The notes below the pieces were generated by a model. That model worked only from the letters and a program-made list of their open reading frames with translations, made no database searches and was not told where the DNA came from. Shown piece by piece: positions 36,042 through 40,086 of a DNA stretch of 40,086 nt (its first letter is position 1; each line of letters begins with the position of its first letter). The position numbers and the translations under genes are program-made. The DNA comes from Bacteroidota bacterium (GTDB taxonomy: Bacteria; Bacteroidota; Ignavibacteria; UBA10030; UBA6906), in NCBI GenBank assembly GCA_041493205.1, contig JBGPYM010000002.1:1-40086 (forward strand), given 5' to 3'.

Positions 36042-36959
36042 TCAGTTGATCAGCTTGCCTTCTACCTTGCGTCGCAGGACCCACTCGAGGGCGACGGCGC
36101 TCGCAACGTAGATGGAGGAATACGTCCCGGTGAGAATGCCGAAGGCGAGCGTAAATGCGAACCCGCGGTTCACTTCGCCGCCTGTAATGAGCAGCACGAT
36201 GAGCACCATGAAGATCGTCCCCGAGGTGATGATCGTGCGGCTCAGGGTTTCGTTCAGGCTCTTGTTCATGAGTTCCTGGAGCGGCATGCTCCGGAAGATC
36301 TTCTGGTTCTCCCGGATGCGGTCAAAGATGACGACCGTATCGTTGACCGAAAGGCCGACGAGCGTCAGAAACGCGGCCACCATCGATTGGTTGATTTCGA
36401 GGTTGAGCACCCCGTCGAAGATTGACACGAGCCCGAATGTTGCCAGAACGTCGTGAAAGAGAGCCACGACTGCACCAACGCCGTAAATGAACTTGAACCT
36501 TACCCAGACGTAGATCCCGATGGCCAGGAGCGACGCAATGACGGCATAGATCGCGTCGCGCCTCAACTCGGCTCCCACCTTCGGACCGATCTTGTCTTCC
36601 TTTCTTACCTCGAAGGAATTTTTCGCGAACTTCTCCTGAAGGCCTGTGCGGATGCGGTCTCCCACAGAACTCCCTTCACCCTGTGCAACGGTGCGGATGA
36701 CGATGTCGCGATCGGTGCCGAACGTCTTGATCTCGGCATCGCCGAGGCCGATCTTGTCCATCGCGGAACGGATGGCCCCGATGTCCACCGGCGTCTGAAA
36801 CTGCACGATGATCTCCGTCCCGCCCAGGAAGTCGATTCCGTAGTGAATGCCCTTGACGAAAAGCGATACCACGCCGATAAGAACCATGATCACGGAGAGA
36901 ACATACCACAGGTTCCGCCGCCCCATGAAATCGATATTTGTTTTTCCAAAGAAACGCAT
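36042..36959 (-). CDS. secF: Protein translocase subunit SecF
   Basis: 305 aa. The N-terminus is NIDFMGRRNLWYVLSVIMVLIG, followed by GIDFLGGTEI, and the C-terminal region carries VNDTVVIFDRIREN. Confidence 0.95.
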   Translation of the reverse strand: MRFFGKTNIDFMGRRNLWYVLSVIMVLIGVVSLFVKGIHYGIDFLGGTEIIVQFQTPVDIGAIRSAMDKIGLGDAEIKTFGTDRDIVIRTVAQGEGSSVGDRIRTGLQEKFAKNSFEVRKEDKIGPKVGAELRRDAIYAVIASLLAIGIYVWVRFKFIYGVGAVVALFHDVLATFGLVSIFDGVLNLEINQSMVAAFLTLVGLSVNDTVVIFDRIRENQKIFRSMPLQELMNKSLNETLSRTIITSGTIFMVLIVLLITGGEVNRGFAFTLAFGILTGTYSSIYVASAVALEWVLRRKVEGKLIN

Positions 36960-36983
36960 GAAGTCCTGCTCCGGGAGAATTCG

Positions 36984-38834
36984 TTATCCGAAATGAATGC
37001 GTGAGCCAAACCTTTCGATCATGACGTTGAAGACCACCCGCGTGATGAAGATGGCGCTGAACATCGAGACCACGATGCCGATCATCAGCGTGAGCGCGAA
37101 CCCCTGCACCGGGCCGGTGCCGAACTGGAAGAGGATCACGCCGGTGATGAACGTCGTCAGGTTGGAATCGAAAATTGCCGAGAATGCCTTTTCGTATCCC
37201 GCGTCCACGGCGGCACGGGGGGTTTTTCCCGTCGCAAGCTCCTCGCGGATGCGCTCGTAGATGAGCACGTTGGCGTCGACGGCCACTGCCAGGGTCAGGA
37301 TGATGCCGGCAATACCCGGGAGCGTCAGCGTTCCCTGGAATGCGGCGAGGACAGCAAGCAAGAACGTCAGGCAGAATATGAGCGCGAGGTCCGCTACCGC
37401 CCCTCCTGTCCGGTAATAGATGACCATGAACAGGACTGTCAGCGCGGTCGCAAGCGCCGACGAAAAAATGCCGCTGTGAATGGAGTCTTCACCCAGGGAA
37501 GGTCCGACGGACCGCTGTTCGACGATATCCACGGGGGCGGGAAGCGCGCCGGCCTTCAGAACGATTTCAAGCAACCGCGCCTCGTCGAGGTTGTCCATTC
37601 CCTCGATTTCCGAGTTGCCGCCCGTAATCTTGTTCCGGACGACAGGGGCGGAGAAGACCGCGTTGTCGAGGACGATAGCAATGCGCTTGTTGATGTTCGC
37701 ACCGGTGATGCGCGCCCATTCGCGCGCGCCCTCGCTATTCATCTGCATGGTGACGATGGGCGCGTTGAAGCTCGGGTCGAGCGTCGCCCGCGCGCCGGTA
37801 ATGACGCCGCCGGTCAGTTCTGCGATGACCTTCACCGGGTACAGCGTAAAAAACCTTTTCCCCTCGCTCACGATCCGGGGCTTGGCGCTCCAGGAAAACT
37901 GCATGTCGTTCGGGATGGCCCGCCGGATGTCATCCCGGTCAAGGATCCGCCGTACTTTCTCCTTGTTTTCCTCGGCGACGATCGCTTCGCCCGGGAACTG
38001 CTTCGGATTGACGATTGCTAATGAGAAAAATGGGTGTTTCCGGGCGAATTCCTCGGGCGAAAGATCCCCTTCGGGCGTGGTGATTTTTGAGGTGTCCCGG
38101 GAAGCTGCCGTGATGCTCGTATCGGTCGAATCAACGGTGCCGGTGGCGATAAGCTGCTTTTCGATCGCCTCCATCACCCGGTAAGTGACCTCGGGCTCCT
38201 TCAGGAGTTTGAATTCCAGGAGGGCAGTACCCTGCAGGAGGGAGCGGACTTCGGATTCGCGCGTGACCCCGGGGAGTTCCACGATGATACGGGTGCCGCC
38301 CAGCTTCTGGATGGAGGGTTCCGAAACGCCGTACTGGTCAACGCGGTTGCGGACGATTTCCATGCCCCGGTCGATCGACTTGGTGGCCTCATCATCCAGG
38401 AACTTATAGATCTCGTCGTTGGTGTCGCGGAGGTTGCGGTAATACCTGCTCATCCGGATCTGGCGGGTCTCGAACTTTTTACGCAGCAGGAGGACCGGAG
38501 ACTCTTCGGAAGTCCGCACTTCGTCGCGGACCTCTTTGATGATCTGGTTGAAGGCATCGTCCTTGTTCTTCGCCAGATCTTCAATGAGCTTCAGGACGTT
38601 GACTTCCAGCACAACGCGCATGCCGCCCTGGAGGTCGAGACCGAGCTTGATCCGCTTGGCGCGGTAGTCGCGGATATCACTTTCATGCTTCTCGACAAAC
38701 TGCAGACTGTCCTCACCGTGAAGTCCGGCGAGCGACTTGTGCAGCTCGTAGTCCTTGTACGTCGGCCAGAGAAAATAAATCGCGAGCAGTACGGTTGCCG
38801 CAATGAACAGTATTTTTCCGGTGTACTTTTTCAC
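36984..38834 (-). CDS. secD: Protein translocase subunit SecD
   Basis: 616 aa with a GTG start and GGAGG 7 nt upstream. It has a large periplasmic domain. The C-terminal TM block carries GIAGIILTLAVAVDANVLIYERIREE. Confidence 0.95.
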   Translation of the reverse strand: MKKYTGKILFIAATVLLAIYFLWPTYKDYELHKSLAGLHGEDSLQFVEKHESDIRDYRAKRIKLGLDLQGGMRVVLEVNVLKLIEDLAKNKDDAFNQIIKEVRDEVRTSEESPVLLLRKKFETRQIRMSRYYRNLRDTNDEIYKFLDDEATKSIDRGMEIVRNRVDQYGVSEPSIQKLGGTRIIVELPGVTRESEVRSLLQGTALLEFKLLKEPEVTYRVMEAIEKQLIATGTVDSTDTSITAASRDTSKITTPEGDLSPEEFARKHPFFSLAIVNPKQFPGEAIVAEENKEKVRRILDRDDIRRAIPNDMQFSWSAKPRIVSEGKRFFTLYPVKVIAELTGGVITGARATLDPSFNAPIVTMQMNSEGAREWARITGANINKRIAIVLDNAVFSAPVVRNKITGGNSEIEGMDNLDEARLLEIVLKAGALPAPVDIVEQRSVGPSLGEDSIHSGIFSSALATALTVLFMVIYYRTGGAVADLALIFCLTFLLAVLAAFQGTLTLPGIAGIILTLAVAVDANVLIYERIREELATGKTPRAAVDAGYEKAFSAIFDSNLTTFITGVILFQFGTGPVQGFALTLMIGIVVSMFSAIFITRVVFNVMIERFGSRIHFG

Positions 38835-38914
38835 TACGAAGCCTCCGAGGTCACGCGTACGGGGAATGTCACGGATACATGGCAGGAGAACAAGTCGTCA
38901 CGTTCAAGCTTATG

Positions 38915-38943
38915 AATATAACCGAACCGCGAGAAAAAGTCAA
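38915..38943 (-). promoter_or_regulatory. Candidate sigma70-type promoter of secD-secF
   Basis: Minus strand reads TTGACT (38938-38943), a 17-nt spacer, then TATATT (38915-38920). Confidence 0.6.
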
Positions 38944-38954
38944 CGAAAAAAGCG

Positions 38955-38983
38955 TTGCTTTTGCTGGCCGTTTCGGTTATATT
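38955..38983 (+). promoter_or_regulatory. Candidate sigma70-type promoter of ppiD
   Basis: TTGCTT (38955-38960), a 17-nt spacer, then TATATT (38978-38983). The -10 region is the exact inverted repeat of the secD -10 region. Confidence 0.55.
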
Positions 38984-39040
38984 TTCATTCACATCATTTC
39001 GTAGATTCATCCCCCCTGAAGGAGGAGGTTCGTTTCTCGT

Positions 39041-40086
39041 ATGCCCATTATGACCCGCATGCGCGACAGCATGCCGATAATACTTTTCGGGTTGCTCATC
39101 GCGTTTCTCATCACGATCGTGTTCGAATGGGGAATGGATTACCTCGGCATCCGTGGCGGTCAGCAGGATACCATCGGCAAGATCAATGGCAAGAAAATCA
39201 GCTACAAGGAATTTTCCGAAGTCCTGAAGACGCTCACGGACAACGCGAAGACGCAGTCCGGACAGGAGCCGGACGAAGCGATGACGCGCCAGCTCCGGGA
39301 CCAGGCGTGGCAGTCCATCGTCAATGAACGGCTCTTCGACGATGAGGTGAAGCGGCTCGGCATCACGGTGAGCGACCAGGAACTGCGTGACTGGGTGTTC
39401 GGCGAGAACCCGCCGGAGGATCTCCGGCGGAATTTTGTCGACTCGACCGGCCGGTTCAACAAGGAACTGTACGAGCAGGTGCTGATGAATCCCAATCAGT
39501 ATATCCAGGACCCCCGGGGTGAAGATCCCAATTTCGGCGTCAAACGGCTTCAGGAATTCGAGAAAGCCCTCCGCCAGCGCCGTATTCAGGAGAAACTCCA
39601 GAGTATCGTGACCTCCGCGGTCCGGGTAACGGAAGGGGAGGTCCTCCAGCGCTACATGGACCAGAACGTCCGGTACGACGCTGTGTACGCCATGTTCGAT
39701 CCCAACGTGCTCGTCAAAGAAGGGGATGTCACCGTCTCGGATGCCGAGCTTCGCGAGTACTATGAAGACAATCTTGACCAGTACAAGTTCGAGGCGACGC
39801 GGACGCTGAAATACGTGTTGTTTTCTGAGAAACCGACCGCATCGGACTCGACCGCCCGGCGGGCGGAGATTGATGATGCGGCGGCGAAGGCGCGCGGCGG
39901 CGCCGACTTTATCCAGCTGGTGTATACGTACTCGGAACGCCCCGACAGCGGCGCGTTCTTCCGCCACGGCGAGCTGAGCCCGGTGCTGGAGAACGCCGTC
40001 TTCACGCAGGCTGCGGGAGCAATCGTCGGGCCGGTCGAAGACGCGGACGGACTGCACCTGCTGAAAATTCTCGGTGAACGCAAATC
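39041..40086 (+). CDS. ppiD: Periplasmic chaperone / peptidyl-prolyl isomerase PpiD (5' part; continues beyond the window)
   Basis: This gene is not in the ORF track because no stop occurs before the edge. My own translation from ATG 39041 (GGAGGAGG lies 12 nt upstream) gives MPIMTRMRDSMPIILFGLLIAFLITIVFEWGMDYLG...INGKKISYKEFSEVL...QAWQSIVNERLFDDEVKRLGITVSDQEL. That is a typical PpiD N-terminal TM anchor plus a SurA_N-like domain. The sequence approaches the rotamase region near the window end (GELSPVLENAVFTQAAGAIVGPVE). Confidence 0.85.
   Translation, partial: MPIMTRMRDSMPIILFGLLIAFLITIVFEWGMDYLGIRGGQQDTIGKINGKKISYKEFSEVLKTLTDNAKTQSGQEPDEAMTRQLRDQAWQSIVNERLFDDEVKRLGITVSDQELRDWVFGENPPEDLRRNFVDSTGRFNKELYEQVLMNPNQYIQDPRGEDPNFGVKRLQEFEKALRQRRIQEKLQSIVTSAVRVTEGEVLQRYMDQNVRYDAVYAMFDPNVLVKEGDVTVSDAELREYYEDNLDQYKFEATRTLKYVLFSEKPTASDSTARRAEIDDAAAKARGGADFIQLVYTYSERPDSGAFFRHGELSPVLENAVFTQAAGAIVGPVEDADGLHLLKILGERK

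Noticed and set aside
38834-40057. 407-aa minus-strand ORF and the 174-aa plus-strand ORF at 38803-39327
   Set aside because: The real gene here is ppiD in another plus-strand frame. ppiD is open to the window edge and therefore absent from the track. The 407-aa ORF is its antisense shadow, and the 174-aa ORF crosses the divergent promoter region.
1-40086. Whole-window scan for CRISPR arrays, IS elements, integrases, prophage genes, toxin-antitoxin pairs or known defence-system genes
   Set aside because: I saw no direct-repeat/spacer arrays and no transposase, recombinase or phage-like ORFs. The patatin-like lipase stands alone, without cyclase, sensor or other partners, so I do not call it a defence effector.

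Overview
GC-rich (roughly 60% by eye) chromosomal segment of a diderm bacterium. SecDF, PpiD, an Omp85-like barrel and paired M16 peptidases point to a Gram-negative envelope, and PFOR suggests anaerobic or microaerobic metabolism. The phylum cannot be fixed from sequence alone. I support 34 protein-coding genes, mostly housekeeping: mutS, a fused homocysteine methyltransferase/MTHFR, pepF, nifJ (PFOR) plus a DHOD-like gene, aguA/aguB, two M16 peptidases, a UDG, a patatin-like lipase, purA, secD/secF, and the 5' part of ppiD. ppiD is missing from the ORF track because it runs off the right edge. I saw no rRNA, tRNA, CRISPR array, transposase or integrase. Six things stand out. (1) An eight-gene plus-strand unit (18.4-24.1 kb) sits between a leaderless-type promoter and a perfect 14-bp terminator. 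It joins DUF2085, a small membrane protein, a GAF-PP2C / RsbW-like / STAS partner switch, an ECF sigma with its anti-sigma, and a membrane-anchored protein made of about 8.5 tandem 26-29-aa repeats. (2) Directly downstream lie a Peptidase_MA / beta-propeller / predicted beta-barrel fusion and a PrsW-family intramembrane protease, the protease class that performs site-1 cleavage of an ECF anti-sigma in Bacillus. (3) A three-gene PilV/W/X-like minor-pilin cluster has non-canonical prepilin N-termini and no pilus machinery in view. (4) A modular palindromic REP/BIME-like element occupies both convergent gene junctions that have intergenic space, and one copy encodes the last 11 codons and the stop of the patatin-like gene. 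(5) All three divergent intergenic regions share one back-to-back promoter geometry, and two genes (mutS and the DUF2085 gene) look leaderless. (6) A second orphan STAS gene is tied to secDF. Many long ORFs in the track are antisense artefacts of the high GC content.
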